From a virus: a stretch of 32,000 bases of DNA. The notes under the pieces were generated by a model. The model was not told the origin of the DNA, searched no databases, and saw nothing but the letters and a program-made list of their open reading frames with translations. Both the position numbers and the translations under genes were made by a program. Shown here piece after piece: positions 16,780 through 24,061 of the stretch; position 1 is the first letter of the stretch, and every line of letters begins with the position of its first letter. The DNA is taken from positions 36,117 through 68,116 of IMG/VR virus record IMGVR_UViG_3300020577_012950. One strand, given 5' to 3'.

Positions 16780-16808
16780 GGAGAAGTCTCCTTAGGGGTT
16801 CAACGGTG

Positions 16809-16815
16809 AAGATTA
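16809..16815 (-). promoter_or_regulatory. YAATCTT element upstream of the fibre module
   Basis: Minus strand reads ccgaaggTAATCTTcaccgttgaacccctaAGGAGacttctccATG. There are 29 nt to the ATG, the same spacing as at the sheath gene. Confidence 0.4.
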
Positions 16816-16824
16816 CCTTCGGCC

Positions 16825-16833
16825 TGGTAGAAT
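16825..16833 (+). promoter_or_regulatory. extended -10 box (TGgTAGAAT) 6 nt upstream of ATG 16840
   Basis: Plus strand reads ccTGgTAGAATcagtgcATG. No SD is present and I could not see a convincing -35. Confidence 0.35.
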
Positions 16834-16839
16834 CAGTGC

Positions 16840-17148
16840 ATGGACGAAACAACGATGAAGAATGCGAATCGGCTCCTGCAGCGGTTCGTCTCAGACACTG
16901 AATCCAAGCTCCGGTACGGGCTGCGCCTCCGCCAGGCCTACTTCGAGGCGGTACAGCGCGGGGAGGACCCGAAGAACTATAGGACCGAGTTCATCTCCAA
17001 CACCTCGACGGAAGTCTTCGCCTGGCTGACAGAGAAAGCCCGGGAATTCAACAAGAAATTCCCCCAGGACCGCATGAGCGGACACGACTTCCTGGACATC
17101 CTGGCAACAGCCCACCACCGGCTCCAGGAGAAGCTGAAGAAGGGCTAG
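16840..17148 (+). CDS. hypothetical protein (102 aa) on the opposite strand inside the late block
   Basis: The ORF reads MDETTMKNANRLLQRFVSDTESKLRYGLRLRQAYFEAVQRGEDPKNYR... with Lys/Glu/Phe-containing composition typical of the real genes here. Its stop shares the palindrome CTAG (17145-17148) with the convergent gene. Confidence 0.65.
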   Translation: MDETTMKNANRLLQRFVSDTESKLRYGLRLRQAYFEAVQRGEDPKNYRTEFISNTSTEVFAWLTEKAREFNKKFPQDRMSGHDFLDILATAHHRLQEKLKKG

Positions 17149-17972
17149 AACTTCTTCGAGACGGAAATCAGGATTCTGTCCTTGATGGTCGTCTCGAATT
17201 CCTCAATGGCCCAGCGGGCAGCCTCATCGAAGAACCTCTTGGCTTCCAGGCCGGGATGAATCCAACGTCCGGTGCCTTTGTGTTTGCTGGAGGCGACACG
17301 GAACGTCATGATGCCCTTCTTGACAGATTCCTTGCCAGCCTTGTCCTTCACCTTCTGTTGGTAGATGCGGACACCCTGCAGGAAGGGAATGCCGGTCGGC
17401 CCCTGCTTGACCTTGCCTACAGGTCCATGGCCCTGACCTGGCCCATTGGCCGTCTTCAGAGGATTCTTCATGATGTCGAAGCTGTGGAGCAGGCCCAGCT
17501 TCGGCTTACCGGTGTCATCCTTCTCGATGCCGCCGTAGGGGATGTTCCGCTTCTTCATCTCGGCGCGCAGGGTGTCGGTGAGGTTCTGCTGGGCGGGAGT
17601 ACTTGAGGTCGGGCCCTTGTTCTGCTTGAAGGGCACCACCAGGTAGCGGCTGCCGTCTTTGGCCGTCTTCGCCTTCTTGGACTTGAGCAGGCCGTCCAGC
17701 ATGTCCTTGTTCGGTGGGATGCCTTCCTCAATCCACATCGCCGACTTGTCCAGGGTGATGACCCAGGTGTCCTCGTCGGCCTGGTCAATCTTCATCGCCT
17801 GGATGTACTTGTCGCGGGTGCTGTGGAGCTTCTCCTGCACCTCTTCCTGGATGTGGGCAAAAGTCATCGCAGACAAGTCACGGGCAGCGTCCTTCATCGC
17901 CTTGTCGGCGGCGGGACGAAACTCCTTGACGAGGTCGTTGAGATTGCCGAGGTCTAGGTTGAGGAAGAACAA
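17145..17972 (-). CDS. putative neck/tail-completion protein (275 aa), weak HK97 gp10-like resemblance
   Basis: TTG start at 17972, 5 nt after the upstream TAA. The first ATG is at 17897, but codons 17972-17898 already have G/C-rich third positions. STRDKYIQAMKIDQADEDTWVITLDKSAMWIEEG and RWIHPGLEAKRFFDEAA resemble the gp10-like pattern. The track's 133-codon N-extension overlaps the previous gene and is Arg/Ser/Thr/Pro-rich junk. Confidence 0.6.
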   Translation of the reverse strand: MFFLNLDLGNLNDLVKEFRPAADKAMKDAARDLSAMTFAHIQEEVQEKLHSTRDKYIQAMKIDQADEDTWVITLDKSAMWIEEGIPPNKDMLDGLLKSKKAKTAKDGSRYLVVPFKQNKGPTSSTPAQQNLTDTLRAEMKKRNIPYGGIEKDDTGKPKLGLLHSFDIMKNPLKTANGPGQGHGPVGKVKQGPTGIPFLQGVRIYQQKVKDKAGKESVKKGIMTFRVASSKHKGTGRWIHPGLEAKRFFDEAARWAIEEFETTIKDRILISVSKKF

Positions 17973-17976
17973 GAGC

Positions 17977-19629
17977 TTACCCGCTTGGATTCCGGCTGCT
18001 GGTGGGGGTGCCGTCTGGGGCCATGACGAGACCTGAGCGGACTGAACGCCACTTCGTCTTCTGCGTCTCCGGGTCGCGGACCTTGATTTCTCCACCTTCG
18101 TGGTTGGCGCTGGGGCCTGGGTCGACCTGGGCGCCGACGGGGAGAACGACCTGGTGGCGACCGGTCTTGCCGGCTTCCAGACTGGCTTTGTCCAGCTCCT
18201 CCGGGTCCTGCTTGACCTTGTTCGCCCAGTGGTCCTTGTGGTCGTGGCAGTAGTTACCGGTGACCTGTCGCTGGCAGCGTCGCTCCCCGAGTTTCCACTT
18301 GCACTGACCGACCTTGCCCATGGCCTTCTGCAGCTGGCCGGCGCCCTGGTCCTGGCCCTGGGCCAGGGCAATCATGGCCTGCACCAGGCCTTTGACGCTG
18401 TTGTACATGTCAGGGTTCTGGGTCTTCATCTGCTCCAGCTGGGGCGCCTTGGCCCGGACGTCCTGGAGAATCTTCACAACCTGAGCCCGGACGTCGTCCT
18501 GGAGGCCGGTCGGGACCTGACCTTTCTCTTCCGGCTGGGCTTGGGCTGCGGCCTGGTGGAAGAGCTGCTCGAAGTCCTGGGGCTGACCAGGCTCAATGCC
18601 GAGGGTGGTGCGGGCCGTCTCGGCTTCGCTGTGCTCGCTGGCTTCACGGGGTGCAGCCGGAGCTGCGGGGTGAGACTGACTGGCGCCGCTGAAGCCTGCT
18701 CCAACCCCGGCGTTCATGCCCGGCTGGGCCTTGTTGATGGGAAGTCGGTCTTCACCGACGTAGTCTCTCAGGTCATTGTACTCACCAGTCGGAGGCATGC
18801 CCGGATGTGTGAGTCCGTTGACAACCATCAGCGGGTAATCACCGGTCCCCATCGTCTGCTGGTGATGAAGCATGGCAGACTTGATGGCTTGGTGCGGGCT
18901 GTCGGCGTGGAGCACGTAGGTGTAGGGAGCGTGACCGTCCTCAGCCTCAGGGCCGGCGAGAGTCACGGTGTGGACTGGCCGGTTCTGGACCGGCGGCGGT
19001 GCCGGAACCCCACCCTCAGACTGAATCTGGTCAGCAATCACCAGATTCGATTCGTGCGGAGGCTGCTTGCCGTCTCCGGTCATCATCGGAGCCGAGGGGC
19101 TTCGATTCAGGGCAGCAGGAACTGAGAAGTGGCCAGGGGCAACAGGGCCGACCACCTTCTTGGGGCCGCCCAGAGCCTTCTGCAGGCCGGCCGAGTCCGG
19201 ATTCAGGTACTCGTCGTAGAGCTTCTCGCCCTCAGGCTTCTCCTGCAGCTGCTCCAGGAGTTCATTTACTTCCTGACTGTAGAGCTGGATCCGGTTCCCG
19301 CCCTGGAGCTTGGCAGCCATCAGACTCTTGTCGGCCTCGCTGAGCCGGGTCCCGACGCCGACGCTGACGCTTGAGCCGACGGCACCCTCGTACTGGGCTC
19401 GAATCTTCGGCAGCTCTTCCAGGTGGTCGGCCTCAACCTCCAACCGGCCTTCGTCACCGCCGATGTTGATGACCTTGCCGCCATGGCTCTCAACCCAGCT
19501 GCGCCAAATTCCGTTGCCACGGTCGATGGCCTGGCTGATGCGGGCCACCTCCTCGGGCTTGTCGGCAAGACTGGCCCTGCCAACCATGCGGCCAATGTGG
19601 TCACCGTCGAAGCTCACGAAGACTTTCAT
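17977..19629 (-). CDS. protein (550 aa) with an N-terminal minimal GGDEF/Cas10-type palm domain (mCpol-like), a long low-complexity linker and a C-terminal Cys/His cluster
   Basis: Start is at ATG 19629 (MKVFVSFDGDHIGRMVG). Landmarks are FDGD (aa 7-10), IGGDEG (aa 56-61) and SVGVGTRLSEADKSLMAAKLQGGNRIQLY. About 330 aa rich in P/Q/G/A follow, then CKWKLGERRCQRQVTGNYCHDH. Confidence 0.75.
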   Translation of the reverse strand: MKVFVSFDGDHIGRMVGRASLADKPEEVARISQAIDRGNGIWRSWVESHGGKVINIGGDEGRLEVEADHLEELPKIRAQYEGAVGSSVSVGVGTRLSEADKSLMAAKLQGGNRIQLYSQEVNELLEQLQEKPEGEKLYDEYLNPDSAGLQKALGGPKKVVGPVAPGHFSVPAALNRSPSAPMMTGDGKQPPHESNLVIADQIQSEGGVPAPPPVQNRPVHTVTLAGPEAEDGHAPYTYVLHADSPHQAIKSAMLHHQQTMGTGDYPLMVVNGLTHPGMPPTGEYNDLRDYVGEDRLPINKAQPGMNAGVGAGFSGASQSHPAAPAAPREASEHSEAETARTTLGIEPGQPQDFEQLFHQAAAQAQPEEKGQVPTGLQDDVRAQVVKILQDVRAKAPQLEQMKTQNPDMYNSVKGLVQAMIALAQGQDQGAGQLQKAMGKVGQCKWKLGERRCQRQVTGNYCHDHKDHWANKVKQDPEELDKASLEAGKTGRHQVVLPVGAQVDPGPSANHEGGEIKVRDPETQKTKWRSVRSGLVMAPDGTPTSSRNPSG

Positions 19630-19635
19630 GAGGTG

Positions 19636-19642
19636 AAGATTG
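19636..19642 (-). promoter_or_regulatory. YAATCTT element 6 nt upstream of ATG 19629 (leaderless geometry)
   Basis: Minus strand reads tctggaggCAATCTTcacctcATG. A GGAGG 13 nt upstream of the ATG is an alternative, rather distant SD. Confidence 0.4.
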
Positions 19643-19651
19643 CCTCCAGAC

Positions 19652-19680
19652 TTGACGGGCGAAAATAGCTCATGTACATT
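19652..19680 (+). promoter_or_regulatory. sigma70-like promoter giving a leaderless PRTase transcript
   Basis: Plus strand reads TTGACG (19652-19657), 17 nt, TACATT (19675-19680), 6 nt (ccggct), ATG 19687. Confidence 0.45.
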
Positions 19681-19686
19681 CCGGCT

Positions 19687-20235
19687 ATGTCCACCGTCCT
19701 CGCACCGGTCCACACGCACGAAATCTTCGACCCCTGCACCTTTGCCATCAAGGTGGCCAAAGTGGTAGCTCGCATCCAGGAGTTGAGATCCGAGATTGAT
19801 TTCAATGCCTTAGCTGGGTGTGGCAACTCCGGCCTGCCGCTGCTCGGGGCCGTTGCCATCCAGCTCCAGATGCCCTTCTTCGCAGTCCGCAAGACCATGG
19901 ACACGTCAAACGACAGCCACCTCGCCAACGGCTACATCCCCGACGGAGGCTGTCGATACCTGATTATCGACGACCTCATCAGCAGCGGCAGGACGACGGA
20001 ACGAATCCACAAGCACATCGCAGACACGGTGAAGACCCACTGCCCGTCGATGACGAGCCTGGTCCGGCCTGCCGGCATCCTGCTCTACATGTCGCGGTAC
20101 TTCAAGAACAGCTTCAGCGTCGTGACGCAACCTCCGGTCCTGGATCCCGTCACCGGCGACATCCTCCGGCTCAGAAAGACTGAAAGCGTGCCGGTGTTCT
20201 TCGTTGACAAGCTCATCCCTCAGGCCGTAAAGTGA
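19687..20235 (+). CDS. type-I phosphoribosyltransferase-domain protein (182 aa)
   Basis: The PRPP-binding loop is CRYLIIDDLISSGRTTERI: hydrophobic strand, two acidic residues, hydrophobic residues, then S-G-x-T. An in-frame ATG at 19672 would add 5 codons, but it lies inside the predicted promoter. Confidence 0.75.
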   Translation: MSTVLAPVHTHEIFDPCTFAIKVAKVVARIQELRSEIDFNALAGCGNSGLPLLGAVAIQLQMPFFAVRKTMDTSNDSHLANGYIPDGGCRYLIIDDLISSGRTTERIHKHIADTVKTHCPSMTSLVRPAGILLYMSRYFKNSFSVVTQPPVLDPVTGDILRLRKTESVPVFFVDKLIPQAVK

Positions 20236-20501
20236 GCGGCATGGACACGACGGAAACCTTCATCTGGCTCGGCATCATGAACAACATCAGTGTCGGAGAT
20301 CTCCTGGCCGCCAACGACTACATGCGGGACCAGGGCGACTGGTTCCCGGCCAGCGGCGGTACCGAAGTCCCCTTCGAGACCCGCAGCAAGCGTCGCCTGC
20401 TCTACTGCTGGCAGCCCAGCACGGGCCGACACGCCTACCTGGACCTGGACACGGACGTGATTCTCGGCGATGATGAGGCCGAACAGGTGCTCTCCAAATG
20501 A
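20232..20501 (+). CDS. hypothetical protein (89 aa)
   Basis: The ORF reads MSGMDTTETFIWLGIMNNISVGDLLAANDYMRDQGDWF... Its start overlaps the upstream stop. No family recognised. Confidence 0.65.
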   Translation: MSGMDTTETFIWLGIMNNISVGDLLAANDYMRDQGDWFPASGGTEVPFETRSKRRLLYCWQPSTGRHAYLDLDTDVILGDDEAEQVLSK

Positions 20502-20695
20502 GACTCGACCGAGACACCGTAGCGAAGAGGGCTCAGTTCATCCGAGACGCAATCCGTCAGAATCCGAAGCTGACTGGAGATGACCTCCAGGAGCTTCTCT
20601 TCCAGCACTTTCGCCACCGCATGCACCCGACCAGGATGTACGCCCTGAAGAAGCAGGCACTGCAGGCGCTGGACCTTCCACAGGAGCTGAAATGA
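20498..20695 (+). CDS. hypothetical small helical protein (65 aa)
   Basis: The ORF reads MRLDRDTVAKRAQFIRDAIRQNPKLTGDDLQELLFQHFRHRMHPTRMY... Start and stop overlaps occur on both sides. Confidence 0.6.
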   Translation: MRLDRDTVAKRAQFIRDAIRQNPKLTGDDLQELLFQHFRHRMHPTRMYALKKQALQALDLPQELK

Positions 20696-21165
20696 GCAAA
20701 CGCGAGACCGGAGTCTTCAGTTACGTCAAGGTCGAGAACTACCGAGGTGATGGTGGCCCACCGAACACCGTCAGCATCGGCATCGACTTCAACGGTGGCG
20801 GCAGTCACCAGGGGTGGGGTGGACTCTACCTGCCGTCGGAGAAAGAACAGCAGGTCTACCTGAAGATGCTCTGCGAGACCTTCGGTGTCAGCAAGCCCGA
20901 GGAGCTGAAAGATGTGGCAGTTGTCGCCCTTCGCAGCTTTGAAGGCTGGAACGAGCCCATCGTCGGAGTCGAGAACCCCAAGACCGGGGCTCGTTTCACC
21001 ACCAAAAAGTTCCGGGACGCCATGGGATACCCAGACCCGTCAGTGACGGTCCTGCAAGAGCGTCGTCAGAGCCTGCGGAATCGCATCGCCAGGGCTCGGC
21101 AGCAAGAAGAGGATGCAGTGGCCGAGCTGGCAAGCATCAACAGCAAGTACACGGAGTGGGACTAA
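20692..21165 (+). CDS. hypothetical protein (157 aa)
   Basis: The ORF reads MSKRETGVFSYVKVENYRGDGGPPNTVSIGIDFNGGGSHQGWGGLYLPSEKEQQVYLKML... No family recognised. Confidence 0.7.
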   Translation: MSKRETGVFSYVKVENYRGDGGPPNTVSIGIDFNGGGSHQGWGGLYLPSEKEQQVYLKMLCETFGVSKPEELKDVAVVALRSFEGWNEPIVGVENPKTGARFTTKKFRDAMGYPDPSVTVLQERRQSLRNRIARARQQEEDAVAELASINSKYTEWD

Positions 21166-21183
21166 CCCCCAAAGGAGCAGCAC

Positions 21184-21378
21184 ATGAACCGCAGCAACGG
21201 ACGTGGTGGCAAGCCGGAGTCGAAGGACAGCAACGGCATGATGTTGGCCGAAATCAAGCACCTGAAGGCTCAGCTGGCGCTGAAGGACAAGCTCATCAAG
21301 GAGCAGGCGGAGAAGATCGCGGCGCTGACTCCGAAGACGGAGCCGGTCGTCACGAAGAAGCCGGAGCTGGCAGCCTGA
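21184..21378 (+). CDS. hypothetical Lys-rich coiled-coil peptide (64 aa)
   Basis: An AAGGAG SD lies 6 nt upstream. The ORF reads MNRSNGRGGKPESKDSNGMMLAEIKHLKAQLALKDKLIKEQAEKI... Its stop overlaps the next start (TGATG). Confidence 0.6.
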   Translation: MNRSNGRGGKPESKDSNGMMLAEIKHLKAQLALKDKLIKEQAEKIAALTPKTEPVVTKKPELAA

Positions 21379-22187
21379 TGTACCCGCTCATCATCATGGG
21401 TGGCGCCGCCGGGTCCGGTAAGGACACGGTGGCGGCCATGCTGGCTGACGCCTCCGGGGCCGGCACCCTGATTGCCCAGGCCGACCCGATGAAGCGCTTC
21501 GTCCGGGACTGGCTGGGCTTCACCGAGGAACAGCTCTGGGGTCCGTCGGAGATGCGGAACGGGGCCGACCCACGGTTTGGACCGGAACTGGGCCCAGACA
21601 CCTGGTCTGGACTTGACGTCGACAACATCCAAACCCTGGTGGCGATGGAGAGGCTCGTGGTCGAGGTGGGGTACCTCCACAAGTTCGACGACCTCCAGGA
21701 GTGGGTCCGTGAGACCCAGAAGCGCTACCTGAAGCTCCCGGTGACGCCCCGCGCCATCCTGCAGCTCTTTGGTACGGAATTCGGCCGGACCTCTCTCCAC
21801 CCCGACGTCTGGTCTGACAGAGCCATTCGCTCCGCCCGACAGGTGCTGGCCGGCAAGGCCCGCTACGACCGGACCCAGGGCATCATCGAAGACGGCAAGG
21901 AAGCGGGCGCCAGCCTGGTCGTCATCACCGATGGCCGGTTCCGGAACGAAATCCTGAACGTGAAGGGCCAGGCGGGTCGCGCCGTCCAGGTCTACAACCC
22001 GGCACCGACTCAGGACGCGGCTGCGGTTGAAGCTGCCGGCATCAAAGGCCACAGCAGTGAAGCAGAGCTGCGTGGCATTCCCCGGAGCTGGTACGACTAC
22101 AAGCTCCACAACGACAAACAGCTGGGCCTGGACCATCTCCGGTCTGTGGTCGACAGCCTCGCCACGAGCTGGAGCCTGAAACCGTGA
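21378..22187 (+). CDS. deoxynucleoside monophosphate kinase, T4 gp1-like (269 aa)
   Basis: Start is at ATG 21378 (MYPLIIMGGAAGSGKDTVAAML, a P-loop). ILQLFGTEFGRTSLHPDVW, VVITDGRFRNEILNVK and GHSSEAEL are collinear with T4 dNMP kinase blocks. The track's 74-codon extension is Gly/Arg/Ala junk overlapping the previous gene. Confidence 0.75.
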   Translation: MYPLIIMGGAAGSGKDTVAAMLADASGAGTLIAQADPMKRFVRDWLGFTEEQLWGPSEMRNGADPRFGPELGPDTWSGLDVDNIQTLVAMERLVVEVGYLHKFDDLQEWVRETQKRYLKLPVTPRAILQLFGTEFGRTSLHPDVWSDRAIRSARQVLAGKARYDRTQGIIEDGKEAGASLVVITDGRFRNEILNVKGQAGRAVQVYNPAPTQDAAAVEAAGIKGHSSEAELRGIPRSWYDYKLHNDKQLGLDHLRSVVDSLATSWSLKP

Positions 22188-22834
22188 AGATCCTCGTCGA
22201 CATCGACGGCATCGTGGCGGACACGCTGCCGTACTGGCTGGACCGCATCCACGAAGAGGCGGCGAAGTGGTTTCCCAGGGACGTATACGGCCTCCGCCCA
22301 GCCCAGGTCGGAGACATCGACCAGTGGGGGCTGGAAAACTGTGGGTCCCTGAAGGTGATCCACAAGCTGGCGCCCCAAATCATCTTTGGGCTGCTGAACA
22401 AGCCCGGCTTCATGGCCGGCATTCCCATCATGCCTGGCGCAGCTCAGACTCTGAAGCAGCTCATGGACGACAGCCACGAGGTGCTGCTGGTCACGGCTCG
22501 CCACGGTCCCGTCAACATGGCTGAGACCCTGGAGTGGGTGAAGCTCCACCTGCCATTCATCAACGCCGAGAAGCAGCTCATCTTCTGCTACCGAAAGGAG
22601 CTGATTCCAGCTGACGTCCTCATCGACGACAAACCGGAGACGCTGAACCGGTACGCCCTGGCTCATCCCAGCGCCCTGCTGATGACCATCAACTACGCGT
22701 ACAATGCGCAGGCCCTCAACGTCAACACCGTGCCGGTGAAGACGGTTCGATTCCAGGGACACCCGAACCTGAACAACACCTGGGGCGCCATCTACGGGTA
22801 CATCAGAGGGTACGAGGACCGCCATGGGAATTGA
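22184..22834 (+). CDS. 5'(3')-deoxyribonucleotidase, HAD superfamily, NT5C-like (216 aa)
   Basis: HAD motif I is ILVDIDGIVAD, motif II is LLVTAR, and motif IV is DVLIDDKPE. Size and layout are typical of phage NT5C-family enzymes. Confidence 0.75.
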   Translation: MKILVDIDGIVADTLPYWLDRIHEEAAKWFPRDVYGLRPAQVGDIDQWGLENCGSLKVIHKLAPQIIFGLLNKPGFMAGIPIMPGAAQTLKQLMDDSHEVLLVTARHGPVNMAETLEWVKLHLPFINAEKQLIFCYRKELIPADVLIDDKPETLNRYALAHPSALLMTINYAYNAQALNVNTVPVKTVRFQGHPNLNNTWGAIYGYIRGYEDRHGN

Positions 22835-23111
22835 GGAACTCGAAGCCCTGGTGTTGAAGCTGCAGCGTGAACTGGCGGAGATGAAGGACCGCTTCAACGA
22901 CCACAATCACGACATCCAGGAACACAGCAGCACGGAGACGCCCAGCAATCCGTTTCTCTGGAAGGTCGGCGACACCTGCTACAGCTTTGACCTGGAGGGG
23001 CCGCAGACCATCGCAAAAGTGATTGACGGCTTCTACGGGCAAGAGGTCGAATTGGAGGGTGTGTTCCGCTCCAAACGAGCGCGTCACCTGTCTCGGGTGC
23101 CTGTTAAATGA
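22824..23111 (+). CDS. hypothetical protein (95 aa)
   Basis: The ORF reads MGIEELEALVLKLQRELAEMKDRFNDHNHDIQEH... A GAGGA SD is present. It overlaps the upstream gene end by 11 nt. Confidence 0.6.
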   Translation: MGIEELEALVLKLQRELAEMKDRFNDHNHDIQEHSSTETPSNPFLWKVGDTCYSFDLEGPQTIAKVIDGFYGQEVELEGVFRSKRARHLSRVPVK

Positions 23112-23335
23112 CCAAACTCGACGAAGTCAAGAAGCGGCTTGCCGTTCGTGAAGCAGCCTCGGCGGTCCTGAACGAGGAAGTGAACCTCATCAAGGCTGCC
23201 TTCGAGCGGATGGAGAAGCCGGCGCACTGTCCCGACCTGTTCAACGGGCTGGAAATCGGAGTCCAGATTCTGCAACTCAAACGCCGCCTGATGGGACTGC
23301 AGTCAGCAATCAACAAGAACAATTCGCGAAAGTGA
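23108..23335 (+). CDS. hypothetical helical protein (75 aa)
   Basis: The ORF reads MTKLDEVKKRLAVREAASAVLNEEVNLIKAAFERMEKPAHCPDLF... Its start overlaps the upstream stop. Confidence 0.6.
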   Translation: MTKLDEVKKRLAVREAASAVLNEEVNLIKAAFERMEKPAHCPDLFNGLEIGVQILQLKRRLMGLQSAINKNNSRK

Positions 23336-23342
23336 GTCTCCG

Positions 23343-23741
23343 ATGAAAAGTTACTTCGAGAAGGTGAAGGCCAGCGTGGCCTGGCTCCAGGAGAACTACA
23401 GCCACATCTGGGACAATGAAGCCCTGACCGTCGAGGAGCGCTGCGGCTTCCTGGCTGCCTGCTGTGACAGTCGTCGCTGCTTCCTGGCCACCCTGGGCCT
23501 GAAGGACCGAATCGACGCCATCCGAATGGTTGGCTTCAACCTGGGGCGCACCAACGCCGTCTTCGTCCTGATGGAAGAGAACCAGAGCTACCCGATTCTC
23601 GGCATCTTCAGCAGCGCGGAGAAACTCATGGCTGCGGCCGTGGACGTCGTGGCGGGGAAGCCGGTGCAGCTCGCCATGTACGAGGAGCGTCTCAACGAGG
23701 AAGGCGCGACTTTCGAGCCGGTCTTCACAAAGTTGCGTTGA
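23343..23741 (+). CDS. hypothetical protein (132 aa)
   Basis: The ORF reads MKSYFEKVKASVAWLQENYSHIWDNEALTVEERCGFLAACCDSRRCFLATLG... No family recognised. Confidence 0.65.
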   Translation: MKSYFEKVKASVAWLQENYSHIWDNEALTVEERCGFLAACCDSRRCFLATLGLKDRIDAIRMVGFNLGRTNAVFVLMEENQSYPILGIFSSAEKLMAAAVDVVAGKPVQLAMYEERLNEEGATFEPVFTKLR

Positions 23742-23745
23742 GGGC

Positions 23746-23777
23746 TTGACAGCCTGGAAGTAGATCCTGTACATAGT
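23746..23777 (+). promoter_or_regulatory. sigma70-like promoter, near-leaderless for the 23783 gene
   Basis: Plus strand reads TTGACA (23746-23751), 18 nt, TACATA (23770-23775), then gtcaggc and ATG 23783. The box TGTACATAGT resembles the TGTACAT boxes at 19673 and 1480. Confidence 0.4.
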
Positions 23778-23782
23778 CAGGC

Positions 23783-24043
23783 ATGACCGACGAACTGACT
23801 GGACAGGCTGAACACGACGACTTCGAACGCGGCGCCGAAGACATGGAACTTCGGGCCATGCGCAGCGAGAGCGAAGACGAGATGATGCGGGAAGCCTACT
23901 GGTACTACTGCGACGGCATGGAACAGGACGGCCAGAAGCCGATGAGCCTCGCCGCCTGGGAAGCTGCCCGCCAGAACCAGTTCATGTCTTCGCCCCAGCA
24001 CATCCCCGAAGAGCTGTCGAACAGCGACGACATGCCGTTCTGA
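23783..24043 (+). CDS. hypothetical acidic protein (86 aa)
   Basis: The ORF reads MTDELTGQAEHDDFERGAEDMELRAMRSESEDEMMREAYWYYCDGMEQDG... No SD is present. Confidence 0.6.
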   Translation: MTDELTGQAEHDDFERGAEDMELRAMRSESEDEMMREAYWYYCDGMEQDGQKPMSLAAWEAARQNQFMSSPQHIPEELSNSDDMPF

Positions 24044-24061
24044 ACCCCAAGACACCGAAAG

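Noticed and set aside
17973-18371. N-terminal 133 codons of the 408-aa ORF 17145-18371, and analogous 5' extensions of ORFs 6277-10230, 14770-15852, 21156-22187, 27511-28083, 27908-29167, 30320-30679 and 30651-30998
   Set aside because: The extensions overlap the 3' end of the preceding gene in another frame and translate to Arg/Ser/Thr/Pro-rich junk. Internal starts placed just after the upstream stop, with an SD or promoter geometry, give sensible N-termini.
18100-19125. 341-aa plus-strand ORF inside the mCpol-like gene, and similar shadows at 6541-7521, 21270-22136 (-), 22097-22906 (-), 25320-26009 (+), 28619-29398 (+) and 31300-31896 (-)
   Set aside because: All lie opposite genes with recognisable motifs or balanced composition. 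All are Arg/Gly/Ala/Val/Pro-rich and lack start-site signals.
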